A stretch of 62,472 bases of DNA, filler included, from Acidimicrobiia bacterium (GTDB lineage: Bacteria > Actinomycetota > Acidimicrobiia > Spongiisociales > SHLN01), in assembly GCA_041619515.1 (NCBI GenBank). It is 9 parts of 9 records of this genome, joined end to end, with 100 filler letters (N's around TTAATTAATTAA, not from the genome) between each part and the next. Parts side by side here need not be neighbours in the genome. Positions count along the whole stretch, not along the records: positions 36,073 to 42,830 come from JBFKDW010000111.1; positions 42,931 to 49,469 come from JBFKDW010000112.1; positions 49,570 to 56,082 come from JBFKDW010000113.1; 6 more parts are not named here. One strand, 5' to 3'. The notes beneath the pieces were generated by a model. It was not told where the DNA came from, searched no databases, and worked only from the letters and a program-made list of their open reading frames with translations. Made by a program: the position numbers and the translations under genes. Shown here piece after piece: positions 39,504-50,352 of this stretch (the stretch's first letter is position 1; each line of letters begins with the position of its first letter).

Positions 39504-40079
39504 CTATTCACCACGGACCATAAAGGGTTGGTCGGCATAGAGGACCGAGAGGTGGCGGCGAAAGCAGTCCGACTGTTGCTCGGTGAGGTCGGCCCCGTCG
39601 ACGAAGAACCGCCTTCCGAAGTCGCCCGGAGGCGAATCGGGAGTGAGGTCGGGCAAGCCCGCCGAGGAGAGACACCCGGCGAGCGACGCGATGCCCTCCT
39701 CCAGGGCGTCACCGGTCGGAATGCTCTGTCGGAAGTACTGCGCCTCGACGATGGACACATACCTGTCCTCACATTGGCGGTAGGCGGACAGCGAATGGCT
39801 GCCGGTCGGGACGTTGTACACCCAGAAGCCATCCTGAAATCCGGGGAACGGACCGATGGCGGCTATCCCCGCTTGCCGGAGACACGCAATCATCCCGTCG
39901 ATGGCCCCCTCGTACTCGTCCGGGCTGATCACGCCGTCCTGCACGATGCGAGCCTGGAAGGCGCTCACCTCCCCCGGCGGCGTCGGCTCCGTGCCCCCCA
40001 CCGACCCGGCCCCGCACGCCGCAAGGAGCATGAGGCCGGCTGCGAGCGAACACCGCGTGACATGCCGCACCGGTCTCAC
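39504..40079 (-). CDS. Cys-containing lipoprotein
   Basis: Lipobox LLAAC; FQARIVQDGVISPDEY..MIACLRQAG; four mature Cys; start GTG 40079 or 40070. Confidence 0.72.
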   Translation of the reverse strand: MRPVRHVTRCSLAAGLMLLAACGAGSVGGTEPTPPGEVSAFQARIVQDGVISPDEYEGAIDGMIACLRQAGIAAIGPFPGFQDGFWVYNVPTGSHSLSAYRQCEDRYVSIVEAQYFRQSIPTGDALEEGIASLAGCLSSAGLPDLTPDSPPGDFGRRFFVDGADLTEQQSDCFRRHLSVLYADQPFMVRGE

Positions 40080-40096
40080 CCGTTCAGAACGCCACC

Positions 40097-40516
40097 TCAG
40101 GGCCGGCAATAGAAGTAGGTGCCGCTCGGCGACTTGTGGGAAGAGGTGTGGCTGGAGTCCCCGTAGGTTCGCAGCTCGGTCCAGCTGTCGTTGTTGCAGT
40201 CTCGTGCTGCGTAGGCGGCCAGCGTGTAGTTGGGGGGCGGATAATCCCACGCCTGTTTCACCGTATCCCACCCCCAGGCCCGGTTCCGTTGCAGCTTCGT
40301 CTTGTGCCACTCGATGTGCGGATCGGCCGACTGACAATCTGAATACGCATAGGCATACACCCAGCCACCACTCACGTACGGGATCGAGGCTTCAGTCCAA
40401 CAGTTGTCACCGGCCACTGCCGGCGGCGCTGCGAATACGCCCATCACCATCGCCAGCCCAACCGCAGCCGAGACGCTGTTGCGCCAGGTCCTCTGCCTGA
40501 TCGAGTCCCAGGTCAT
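40097..40516 (-). CDS. Small secreted Cys/Trp/Tyr-rich protein
   Basis: GGGGAGG RBS; Sec signal ending PAVA; ~104-aa mature part with four Cys. Confidence 0.8.
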   Translation of the reverse strand: MTWDSIRQRTWRNSVSAAVGLAMVMGVFAAPPAVAGDNCWTEASIPYVSGGWVYAYAYSDCQSADPHIEWHKTKLQRNRAWGWDTVKQAWDYPPPNYTLAAYAARDCNNDSWTELRTYGDSSHTSSHKSPSGTYFYCRP

Positions 40517-40544
40517 GTTCCCTCCCCTTGCCTTCAGTTAACGC

Positions 40545-40573
40545 ACTGTATATTTATTAACGATCTATGTCAA
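40545..40573 (-). promoter_or_regulatory. Near-consensus sigma70 promoter
   Basis: Minus TTGACA (40568-40573)-N17-TACAGT (40545-40550) in an AT-rich patch; TTAACG repeated at 40538 and 40557. Confidence 0.8.
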
Positions 40574-40623
40574 GGGGTTGCGGAGCGCTCCGCGCCCCCC
40601 GCGTCGACCAGGGAGCCGTCGGC

Positions 40624-42828
40624 TCAGCCGGGGATCGCGGGTGGCTGGGACCCGCCGGGTCGATCTTCGGGAACCCGCCACGACCCATCGAGCCGCCGCG
40701 CCAGGCGGTTGCCGATCCACAGCACCCAGGAGGTCACCATGCCGACGGTCGCCATCAGGAACACCCACAGGCCGGTGGTGGCCCCTACCAGGATCGCTCG
40801 CCGGGTCGCCATCCCCCGCCGGCGGCGGGACAGCAGCGCCAACAGGATGCCGGCGATCACGACGACGAACAACGCGAAGCCGGCACCTGCCACCAGCGCA
40901 ACCCCGTGACGGATCGCCAGCCAGGCGATGCCGGCGGCCACCGCCACTATCGCGATCAGCATCCATATCAGTTGCACACTCGACCTGAGGAGGCGGCTCC
41001 GGGAGCGAGCGAGATGGTTGCGCCAGCGGTTGTCGCTGGTGATGTCCCGGTTGAGCAGCGGCGCCACGTCCTCGAACGCCCAGCTTCGCTTGGTGCGCTG
41101 GTGGTCGGTGTCCTGCAGCCCGTAGCCCGAGCCATGTTCGAGGGCGTTGTCCATTCCCCGGTAACCGGACAGCATGAGCGCGTAGGCCTCGGTTTCGGAG
41201 AACGCGTCGAGGTCGGTTCGGATGTCGGCAAGGTTCTCGGAGACGTCGAAGTGGAGCGGCGGTGGGGACTGGGGGGCGTCGAAGCCGACGAACTCGTCGC
41301 TGTCCTCCTGACCGATGTGGGGGACGGACTTGGGTGATAGCCCGTGCGTCAGATGGACGTAGGTGAACCCGGCCAGCAGTCCGGCCCGTCTCCTCGTCTG
41401 CAGCTCCTCGAACTGCCGGGACCGGATCTGCTGCATGGAGATCTCCGAGGTGCGGAACAGGCCGACCACCCCACCCGAGGGGTTCTTGGTCTGGCGAAGC
41501 CGTCCGCTGGCATCGCTCACCACCACGCCGGCGCAGCCCTGCTCGAGCAGACCGGTGATGCCCTGGTTGTCGACCACCCCGCCGTCCGACAGCCTGATGC
41601 TCCATTCGTTGTAGCGGCTGTCGATCGGGAGGGGCGGGAAGATGCCGGGAACGGCAGCCGACGCCGCCACCGCCTGCCCCACTTCCAGCGAAGCCCCGCG
41701 TGCGTCGCCACGCACCTGCAGGAGCTCGTCGCCCACCACGTCCCACTCCCACTTGATGCGGCGCAGCCTCGGGTTGGGGTCGATCTCGGGACGAATGACG
41801 GCGGGAGGCTCCCCCATGTGCCGAGCCGTGAACTGCCAATTGTGACCCGTGTTGACCGTGGTGGCGTTGAGGATCAGGATCGGAACCCGGTTGCGACGCT
41901 GCCAGTTCTGGTGCTTGGGACGAAACCCGCGGTCCCATGCTGTGGCGCCGGTGCGGGGCTGAATCCGCAGCTCGTGGAGGTACCTCACGCGCCTCCGCTC
42001 GAGCCCACCGGGCCGCAAGCACTCGATTTCTGGCAGCAGACGCTTCTGCAACAGCGACCCCAGCCGTTCCGAGGCCGAGAATGAGCCGAGCATGCGGAGA
42101 TTGTCCGGCAGCCAGGCGAAGATCCGGTTGCGGAGGTCCAGTCTCGCCGCCCTGGTGAAATCCTCGATCAGCGCATCGATGAGCGTCGGGTAATCGTGCA
42201 CGCGCTGCCGACGAGTCTTCTCCGTCGGATTGCTCACCTCGGCATCGGTGGTCGTCTCGAACAGCTCCTTGAGCAGCATGTAGTAGTAGGTACCTACGAT
42301 CGCCCCGCCGGAGACACACGACAGCACCTCGATGCGTCGGAGCAGATCGGATTCCGCAAGCCGCGCCAGCACCCCGATGTGGTAGAAGGATGCTCGGAAA
42401 CCGCCGCCCGACAGAGCCAGGCCCAGTTTGCCGCGGGCGGCTCCGTCGGTGGCCTTGTCCCAGATGTCGGGGAGGAGGGCGGCCAGCACCGGGCGAGCCT
42501 GCTCGTGGAGGATCACCGGATTCTCGGGATCCCGCTGGCCCCGCAGCTGAGCGACCAGCACGTACTCCCGGAGCCACTTGTGCAGCAACCGATTGTCCTC
42601 CAACACCTCGGGAACGCGGCCGGCCCATTCGATCGCCTTCGGAATGTTCCCCCCGGCGAAGAAGAGGGCGCCGACCAGGGCGCTCAGCTCCCAGTCGTCC
42701 GGATTGGCCTCAGCAAAACCGGGTGCCCACTGGAGCAGCTCACCCCGGATTACTTCGGCGTCATGTCGGTAGTCGTCGGCCACCTTGCCGTACTCGCCCG
42801 CATTCCCCTCGACCGTCGGCGCCCCGAA
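40624..42828 (-). CDS. Patatin-like phospholipase with helical N-terminal region and C-terminal TM helices, probably 5'-truncated
   Basis: LGLALSGGGFRAS, SCVSGG nucleophile elbow, LSDGGVVDN; frame open to the contig edge beyond GTG 42783. Confidence 0.85.
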   Translation of the reverse strand, partial: FGAPTVEGNAGEYGKVADDYRHDAEVIRGELLQWAPGFAEANPDDWELSALVGALFFAGGNIPKAIEWAGRVPEVLEDNRLLHKWLREYVLVAQLRGQRDPENPVILHEQARPVLAALLPDIWDKATDGAARGKLGLALSGGGFRASFYHIGVLARLAESDLLRRIEVLSCVSGGAIVGTYYYMLLKELFETTTDAEVSNPTEKTRRQRVHDYPTLIDALIEDFTRAARLDLRNRIFAWLPDNLRMLGSFSASERLGSLLQKRLLPEIECLRPGGLERRRVRYLHELRIQPRTGATAWDRGFRPKHQNWQRRNRVPILILNATTVNTGHNWQFTARHMGEPPAVIRPEIDPNPRLRRIKWEWDVVGDELLQVRGDARGASLEVGQAVAASAAVPGIFPPLPIDSRYNEWSIRLSDGGVVDNQGITGLLEQGCAGVVVSDASGRLRQTKNPSGGVVGLFRTSEISMQQIRSRQFEELQTRRRAGLLAGFTYVHLTHGLSPKSVPHIGQEDSDEFVGFDAPQSPPPLHFDVSENLADIRTDLDAFSETEAYALMLSGYRGMDNALEHGSGYGLQDTDHQRTKRSWAFEDVAPLLNRDITSDNRWRNHLARSRSRLLRSSVQLIWMLIAIVAVAAGIAWLAIRHGVALVAGAGFALFVVVIAGILLALLSRRRRGMATRRAILVGATTGLWVFLMATVGMVTSWVLWIGNRLARRLDGSWRVPEDRPGGSQPPAIPG

Positions 42829-42830
42829 GC

Positions 42831-42930
42831 NNNNNNNNNNNNNNNNNNNNNNNNNNNNNNNNNNNNNNNNNNNNTTAATTAATTAANNNNNNNNNNNNNN
42901 NNNNNNNNNNNNNNNNNNNNNNNNNNNNNN
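42831..42930. other. Artificial contig spacer
   Basis: N-run with TTAATTAATTAA. Confidence 0.99.
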
Positions 42931-45900
42931 GCCCCCGATTTCACGACATCCAGCAGCCAGACGTCGCCGACCACGACCGTGAACGGGTCCGGCGGGCTAT
43001 CGGCACCTCCGTCGTCGGTCACCACCAGCGAGCCGTTGTAGGTTCCCGAGCTCGAGTACACGTGGGTCGGGTTCTGGAGGGTGGACGTGTCCCCGTCGCC
43101 AAAGGTCCACAGGTAGCCGACGACCGAGCCGTCGTCGTCCGAGCCGGTGCCACTGAACGACAGCGTCTGGCCTTCGAAGCCCGAGCCCGGCGCGGTCGCC
43201 GCGGCGGTCGGTGGATCGTTCACCGGCGTCACCGTCAGATTCACCGTCGCAATCACCGACGTCAACGAACCGTCACTCGCATTGAAGTTGAACGAGGCGG
43301 AGGTGGTTTCGGACCCGTCATGGGTGAACACGACCGTCGCTTGTTGATCCGGAGGCCCTTGCACCACTGTTGCCACGGAGCCGTTGACGGGGGCAAAAGC
43401 GTCGAACGTCAGCGGATCCCCGTCGGCGTCCGTGGCCGTCAGCGTTACCGTTACCGACGCTCCTTCGGCGACCTCATCGGTGATCCCAACCGTCGCAACC
43501 GGCCGATCGTTCACCGGCGTCACCGTCAGATTCACCGTCGCAATCACCGACGTCAACGAACCGTCGCTGGCGTTGAAATTGAACGAGGCGGTGGTCGTCT
43601 GCGAGCCGTCGTGGAAGAACCTCACGTTGGCCGAGCCGGGCCCAGTCGACGTGACCGCACCCAGCGAGCCGTTCACGGGCGCAAAGGCGGCGAAGGTCAG
43701 CGGGGGACCGTCCGGGTCGGTTGCCGTCAACGACACCACGACAGAGCCGCCTTCGGCCACCACCGCGGTGATCCCGGTGGTCGCCACCGGACGATCGTTC
43801 ACCGGTGACACCACGATGCTCACCGTCGCCGGGGCCGAGAAGCCGGTGCCGTCGTTTACCCGGAACTGGAACGAATCGCTCGTCGTCTCCGACCCGTCGT
43901 GCTCATAGGTGATCCGTGCAGATGTGCTCGTCAGCTGAGTCGGGCCGGCGGTGATCGAACCGTTGGCTGGAGCTGCACCGAACAGCGAGAAGGTCAAGGG
44001 GTCACCGTCGGGATCAGTGCCGGTCACGGTGAAGGTAACCGTCCCGCCCTCGGCGACTCCCGGGCTGATGGAAACAGCAGTCGGCGGACGGTTCTGGTCT
44101 GAGATGGACCACAGGAAGCGGTCGGTCACGCTGCGATTGGGCACTCCATCGTCGGTGACGGTGACATCCACCGTGTAGAAGCCGGACGGGGGCTGGTTGT
44201 CGAAGGCGAGGAACCCGATGGTGCCGGAGATGAGCCCGCTGGCCGGGCTGATCGTGATGCCCTGGGGAAGCCCGGTCGCCGACCAGGTGAGGTCGTCGCC
44301 GTCCAGGTCGGTTGCTTCCGTGGAGATACTGACGGTATCGGCTTCGCTGTTGGCCTTGTCGAGGAGCGGAGAATTGAACACCGGGGCCCGGTTGACGTTG
44401 ACGACGGTGATGCGGAAGGTTCCGGTGTCGGTCGCCCCGTCGGGATCGGTGACCGTGACGGTAACCATCGACGACCCGGCATCCGTGAAGCCGGGCGTTC
44501 CCCCGATCGTGATGGTTCCGCCCCCCTGGTCGGTGATGGACGCCCACGCCGGCAGGCCGCTGGCACTCATGATCCGGAATTCGAAGTCCGGATCGGTGGC
44601 CGTTGCCGTGACGCTGAAGGCGACGCCCTCATCGACCGTCTGGTCGGGAGGCGTCGTCAGAACCGGCGGGTTGTTGACCGACCCGAAGATCGGGATGGTC
44701 GTGACCCTGCCGCCGTTGTAGGTGATCACAAGGCTGCCGGTCTTGTCCCCAGCCCATCCCGGAGTGAACCGGATCAGGGCGGGCACGCTGGTGCCGGGTG
44801 GCAGCACATCGCCCGCCGCCGGGCCGCTCAGCAACGTGAAGCGGCCGGCGTGGGGCCCGCCGATTGCAACCGACTGAATGACCACGCTGGGAATGCCTGC
44901 GCCACCCTGATGCACCACCTCCACCGTCCCGGTCGTCGTGCCTGCCGTCACGATGGGGCCGAGCGTGAGCGAGACCGGCTCGGAGGAGAGGAATGCGTTG
45001 CCCGTCTTCTTGATGACCTCGATGCCGTGGACGGCTGGGAGGTTCTTGCCGGGAATCGGAATGAGATCGATATCGAGGTTCCCACCCGTCACGTTGGTCT
45101 GGATCGGGATCATGATGGCCTTGTTCTTGCCGGCCCGGGCGAAGATGTCGAGGTCGTTGATGGCGAGCCCGCCCTCGACCCTCACATCGAAGACCCTGAC
45201 CCCTGAGGCGTTGTGAACTGGCTCCACCATGTAGAAGCGGACCTCGTACGGTCCGTTGGGCACGGGCAGGTCATAGGAGAGTGGCGAGGAGCCCGATCCG
45301 AACCGCTCGGTCCGGATCATGTCGAGCGGCGTCCCGATCGGGAGCGATCGATCCCCCGTGTTGACTGCCTGCACGAGCGCGAATTCGCCGGACGGCGTCC
45401 CCGGGGCCAGGAAGGGCTCGTCAGGTGTCCACGAGAACTGGCCGACGATCGCTTCTCCGCCGGCGTTGAGGCGGTACAGGATCACGTCGTCGGCGGCGGC
45501 GGTCAGATCCACCTCGAGCGGGCTATTCGGTCCGTTGTGCTCGATGAACAACCTGGCATCGGCCACGCCGGCTCGAGTCGGCTTGTACTCCACCACCACC
45601 TGGGAGACCTGTCCGGGCTGCAAGGTGCGGGCCGAACCGCCGGAAATGATCCCGAACTGGTTGCTGTCGGCACCGACCACCGTGGCCTTGGCGAGGGCGA
45701 GGTTGGCGGTGGCCGGTTCGCCGAGGTGCACGGCGGTAATGGTCCTGCGCAGGGTGTCGCCGACTGCGATCGAACCGTAGAACGCCTCGGTCGGGCTCGA
45801 CCCGAGCGATTTCCATGCAGGGGTGGGAATGATTTCGATGCCCTGGACGGCCGGCGAGTTGACGATCTGGTCGAAATCGATGTCCAGGTTGTGATTGCTG

Positions 45901-47354
45901 ACGACATCGAACCCGCGCACGATCCCGGTGTTGGCGCCGGCGGCGGCGAAGATGTCGAAGCTGCTCAGCACCTCGACCCCCTCGATGGAGACATCGAACT
46001 GCCGGGCGCCGGTCGCTTGCGTACCTGGGAAGGTCTCGGCGAAGTACAGGTTGACCCGGTAGGAGCCGGGAGTGACCGGGAAATCCCATGCTTGCTGGCC
46101 GAAGCGGTAGCTCTCGTACACTTCGTCGGGCGCCGTCGGCCCTGAAACGGAAGCCCCCGCCAGGGGACCAACGCTTCCGCCCGGGGTGTAGGGCCCGTCG
46201 GGCCCCCAATCGGCGACGGGGTCGCCTCCGGCATTGACTCGATATGCTCCCTGCCCGATCAGGTTGACGATGAGCGGCGAGTCGACCCCGGTGTGGCGAA
46301 TGCGAATGAAGCCCCGCTTGACGCCGAGGGCGGTGGGGGCAAGGGTGACCGCCACGTTGCGCGACTCGCCAAACCCGATCTCCGGGTCCGCCAGCGGCGG
46401 CGCCGAGAAGTCGGCCGCATCGCGTCCACCGAACGTGATCGAGGTGATGCGAAGATCGGTATCGCCGGCATCACCGCTGAAGTCGACCCGCAGATTGGCC
46501 GTTCGGGCGCCGTTGAGGCCCACCGGCCCCATGTCGAACGTCGCCGCCGAGGCCGTGAGCGTGGCCTCCCGCAGCTCGAGGTCTCCGCCCACCGGAGTCC
46601 ACCCGGCCTGACCGAATGTGAAGGTCTCGTCGGCGGGCCCGGTTGAATTGGAGTTGCGCAGATAGAAACGGGCTTCCGACGGTCGAAAGATGCCCACGGT
46701 GTCGACGCGGTCCCCATCCCAGTCGGCGGGAACGAACGCATCGTTGATCGTCCCGTAGAAGAAGTCATTGGCGGTGGTCGCGACCGGGCCGGCCGGGTGC
46801 TCGTTGGTGTAGAACACCTGCCCGGAGCTGGTGCGGTAGATGCCGACCGTGTCCACACCGTCGCCATCCCAGTCTCCGGCAAACGGGCGGTCGCCCGGCA
46901 CGCCGAAGTAGTACTCGATGTCGGCCACCCCGGTGCTGAGGCTGTTCCGGATGAAGACTTTGCCGTTGCGATAGATCCCCAGCGTGTCGCAGCCGTCGCC
47001 GTTCCAATCACCGGCGATCGGCACGTCGCCGGCTACTCCGAAGAAGAAGAACGTGTCCGCAACGGCTACCCCGCCGTTCAGCGGGTTGGAACTGGTGAGG
47101 AAGACGAACCCGGTGTTGGGGCGAAACATGCCCGGCGTGTCGACTCCGTCGCAATTCCAGTCACCCAGGAGCGGAATGTCGTTGGGGTTGCCGTAGAAGA
47201 AGACCCGGTCGCTGCCGTCGGGCTCACGAAGATGCCACTGACCGCTACTGGTATCGACCATCCCCACTTCGGCATCGCCGGCAACTGCCGGAGTGACCGC
47301 CGCCAGCATGACCCCGGCTAGCACGCCCAGGATCGTCAACACTCGCCTAATCAA
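42931..47354 (-). CDS. Large secreted multidomain surface protein, 3'-truncated
   Basis: TTG start with GGAG, signal peptide; GDWxxDGxDT repeats; two malectin-like domains (RVNAGG..VNLYFAE..RQFDVSIEG); ASH-like Ig domains; cadherin-like repeats (DPDGDPLTF..PVND); PKD (YLWTFGDG..NPTHVY). Confidence 0.85.
43214..43565. repeat. Intragenic 61-bp exact direct repeat, 291-bp period
   Basis: GATCGTTCACCGGCGTCACC...GAACCGTC at 43214-43274 and 43505-43565 (DGSLTSVIATVNLTVTPVND twice). Confidence 0.9.
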
Positions 47355-47514
47355 ACCGACTCCACTACCTCGCCCACGGCTGAAACCCCTCACTGACAGA
47401 AGATAGCCCAAGTTGCACAACTGCACACCAGCCCCCCGGTGGGTCTTTCGACCTTTTCCTGCGAAGCGGCAGGGACATAGGCTGCCGGATCTGAGCCGAG
47501 CGATTGGAGGAGGC

Positions 47515-48102
47515 ATGGAGTTCTCAGAGGCGGTTCGCCGGCGCCGGATGGTCAGGAACTACCTGGCGGACCCCGTTCCAGAAGATGTTCTCGACCGGGT
47601 TCTCGACCGGGCTCGACGGGCCCCCAGCGCCGGCTTCACCCAGGGCCAGAGCCTCGTCGTGGTGACCGATGCGGACCGGCGGCGCGCCATCGCCCAACTG
47701 GCGCACGAAGACGAGTACGTGGCGGCCGGCTTCGATCCCTGGCTATCACGGGCCCCGGTCCACATCGTCATCTGCACGAGCGAAGCCGCCTACCGGGCGC
47801 GTTACGCAGAACCAGACAAAGCGAGCGCAGCCGACGCCCAGGCGTGGCCGGTGCCGTACTGGCACATCGACGCGGGGGCTGTGCTCATGCTGCTGCTGTT
47901 GGCGGCGGTCGACGAGGGCCTGGCGGCGGGGTTTGCCGGCTCGCACAGCCTCCAGGGCATCAAGGAATTACTCGGGATCCCGGAAGAAGTCTCTCCCATC
48001 GGGCTGGTTACGCTCGGCTTCCCGGCACCGGATCGCCGATCGGGCTCCCTGGATCGGGGTTGGAAACGCCGGGACGAAGTCATCCACCGCGAGCGATGGT
48101 GA
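47515..48102 (+). CDS. Nitroreductase family protein
   Basis: GGAGGAGG RBS; RRRMVRNY, APSAGFTQ, GLVTLGFP. Confidence 0.9.
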   Translation: MEFSEAVRRRRMVRNYLADPVPEDVLDRVLDRARRAPSAGFTQGQSLVVVTDADRRRAIAQLAHEDEYVAAGFDPWLSRAPVHIVICTSEAAYRARYAEPDKASAADAQAWPVPYWHIDAGAVLMLLLLAAVDEGLAAGFAGSHSLQGIKELLGIPEEVSPIGLVTLGFPAPDRRSGSLDRGWKRRDEVIHRERW

Positions 48103-48103
48103 C

Positions 48104-49450
48104 TCAGCTGGCCAACAACCGCCGATGAGCCCCCGCCCCTCCCTCGGCGGCGGGGAACGTGACGATGAAGCGGGTCTCACCGTCGGCGCGTTCGTAGGCG
48201 GCGGTACCCGACATCCCTTCGGCCAGTATCCGCACGATGGAGAGCCCAAGGCCGACGCTTCCCACCAGGAGAGGCTGGTGGCCCTGATGCACGAACCGCT
48301 GGAACATGCGCTCCTCGACGTGAGGAGCAACTCCGTCGCCGTGGTCGTACACCGTCACCTGGTAGGCACCGTGTGTGGCCCGGCCTCGCACCCCGATGGG
48401 CGCAGCACCGTAGCGTCGGGCGTTGGAAACCAGGTTGCGCACGATCTGACGGAACCGGAAGTCGTCGGCGTACACCTGAGCATCCTCCACGTCGATCTCG
48501 ATGTCCTCGCCCGCCTTGATGAGCGGAGCGAGCGCTCGCTCGACTCCGCTGCTCGCCGAGAACTCCTCGAGGTGGTAGGCGAGGGCACCCGCGTCGGCCC
48601 GGGCCGCGGTGAGCAGGTCCTCGACCATCCGGGAGAGCTCGTCGGCCTCGCCCCTGATGAGGCCGACGAGCTCCATCGTCGTTTCTGCATCTTTCACGCC
48701 GCCGTCGCCAAGCAGCTGTGCGAACCCGTAGATCGACGTGAGCGGGGTTCGCAGCTCATGGGACACGCTGGCGACGAACTCGTCCTTGGCCTTGTTCAGC
48801 TCACGCTGGGCCTGCAGGCGGGCCTCGAGCTCCTTTTGCTTGTTCTGGCGACTGGCCGCCCATCGATACAGCAGGATTGCTGCCGACGGGATCAGGAAGG
48901 CGACGAGGAACCGCGAGATCTCGCTGATGCGCCCGACCACGGTGCGGGCGGTGGCGAGATCGTTGACCGTCGCATCCCGGGCGGAAACGACCATCCCCAC
49001 CAGTTCGGCGTACTCGACGTTGAGCACTTGGTTCATCAGGCCTTCGGCTCGTTCGAGATCGCCGTTCCTCACCGCCGACAACACGCCCGAGGCGGCCGCC
49101 TCGTATGCCTCCATTGCAGCTTCCGTTTCCGTGCCGCTCACCTCGAAGGACTCCCGATACCGCACCACGGCTTCCTGGAACTGCGTGAACGCCGCATCGG
49201 CCTCGGTCTCGGCGATGACGGCTGCGGCGGCATCGGCAGTCGGCTCCGCTGAGACGTAGGTGGAGATCAGCAGAGACTGTCCTACCTGGGTGCGGAGGAT
49301 GGCGGAGGCGCTCAGCAGGGTTTCGGCTTGATGGAGAGCGACGGCGGTCTCACTGGCACGACGGGCGCCGTACGCGTTGGCAAAGACCGCAGAGACCGCA
49401 ATCAGGAGCACCGCGATGACGATGCCCCCGGTAATCACGGCCGCTTTCAA
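48104..49450 (-). CDS. Membrane sensor histidine kinase, possibly 5'-truncated
   Basis: H-box SVSHELRTPLT, N-box NLVSNARRY, DHGDG, GLGL; frame open to the contig edge. Confidence 0.92.
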   Translation of the reverse strand: MKAAVITGGIVIAVLLIAVSAVFANAYGARRASETAVALHQAETLLSASAILRTQVGQSLLISTYVSAEPTADAAAAVIAETEADAAFTQFQEAVVRYRESFEVSGTETEAAMEAYEAAASGVLSAVRNGDLERAEGLMNQVLNVEYAELVGMVVSARDATVNDLATARTVVGRISEISRFLVAFLIPSAAILLYRWAASRQNKQKELEARLQAQRELNKAKDEFVASVSHELRTPLTSIYGFAQLLGDGGVKDAETTMELVGLIRGEADELSRMVEDLLTAARADAGALAYHLEEFSASSGVERALAPLIKAGEDIEIDVEDAQVYADDFRFRQIVRNLVSNARRYGAAPIGVRGRATHGAYQVTVYDHGDGVAPHVEERMFQRFVHQGHQPLLVGSVGLGLSIVRILAEGMSGTAAYERADGETRFIVTFPAAEGGAGAHRRLLAS

Positions 49451-49469
49451 CTTCGTCGCTGCACTCGCC

Positions 49470-49569
49470 NNNNNNNNNNNNNNNNNNNNNNNNNNNNNNN
49501 NNNNNNNNNNNNNTTAATTAATTAANNNNNNNNNNNNNNNNNNNNNNNNNNNNNNNNNNNNNNNNNNNN
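49470..49569. other. Artificial contig spacer
   Basis: N-run with TTAATTAATTAA. Confidence 0.99.
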
Positions 49570-50284
49570 CGCCGTTGTACAGCACGCCGTTCATCAGCAC
49601 CTCCATGCCATAGATGTGGAAGAACGGAAGCACTGCGACGATCACTTCGCGGTCCGCCATCTGCAGAGCGTGCTCTCCCTGGGCGAGATTCGCAGCCAGG
49701 TTCTGATGGGTCAGCATGACCCCTTTGGGAAGGCCGGTCGTCCCGCTCGAATACGGCAGCGCAACCACATCCTGCTGTGGATCGACTTCGGCAAATCCCT
49801 GGTACGGGTCGGCGTCGAGCAGCACCGAGAACGGCGTGGCGCCGGCCGCCTCGCCCAGCACGAACACCTCCTCGACGCCGGCCGCCGCCGCCGCCTCGGA
49901 GGCTTGCTCAATGAACATCGGGATTGTCAGCAAGAGTTGAGCACCCGAGTCACGGAGCTGGAACTCGACCTCCTCGGCCGTGTACGTGGGGTTGATCGTC
50001 GTGTTGACCCCGCCGACGGTGGCAACCCCGTGAAAGGCAGTGGCGTATTCGGGAACATTGGGAGCCATGATTGCGAACACGTCGCCCGCCCCGAACCCGC
50101 GGGCGGCCAGCCCGCCCGCCAGGCGCGCCACCGAGTCCTTCAGCTGCCGATAGGTGACGACCCGTCCGGTCGGCCCGTCGATGATGGCCGCCTCGTCGGC
50201 AAGTTGGTCCGCCCGATGGAACACGAACGGGGTGAGATGGGTGTCCGGAATCACGACGTCGGGCAGTGGGCTGGCGTGGATCAA
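49570..50284 (-). CDS. 4-coumarate--CoA ligase-like AMP-binding enzyme, 3'-truncated
   Basis: LPYSSGTTGLPKGVMLTH, LPFFHIYG. Confidence 0.9.
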
Positions 50285-50352
50285 CGGCGCTCCTTCGGTG
50301 AGGAGCCGATGTTATCCCCTCACCACCGCTGCTTGCTCGCCACCCGGCTGGA

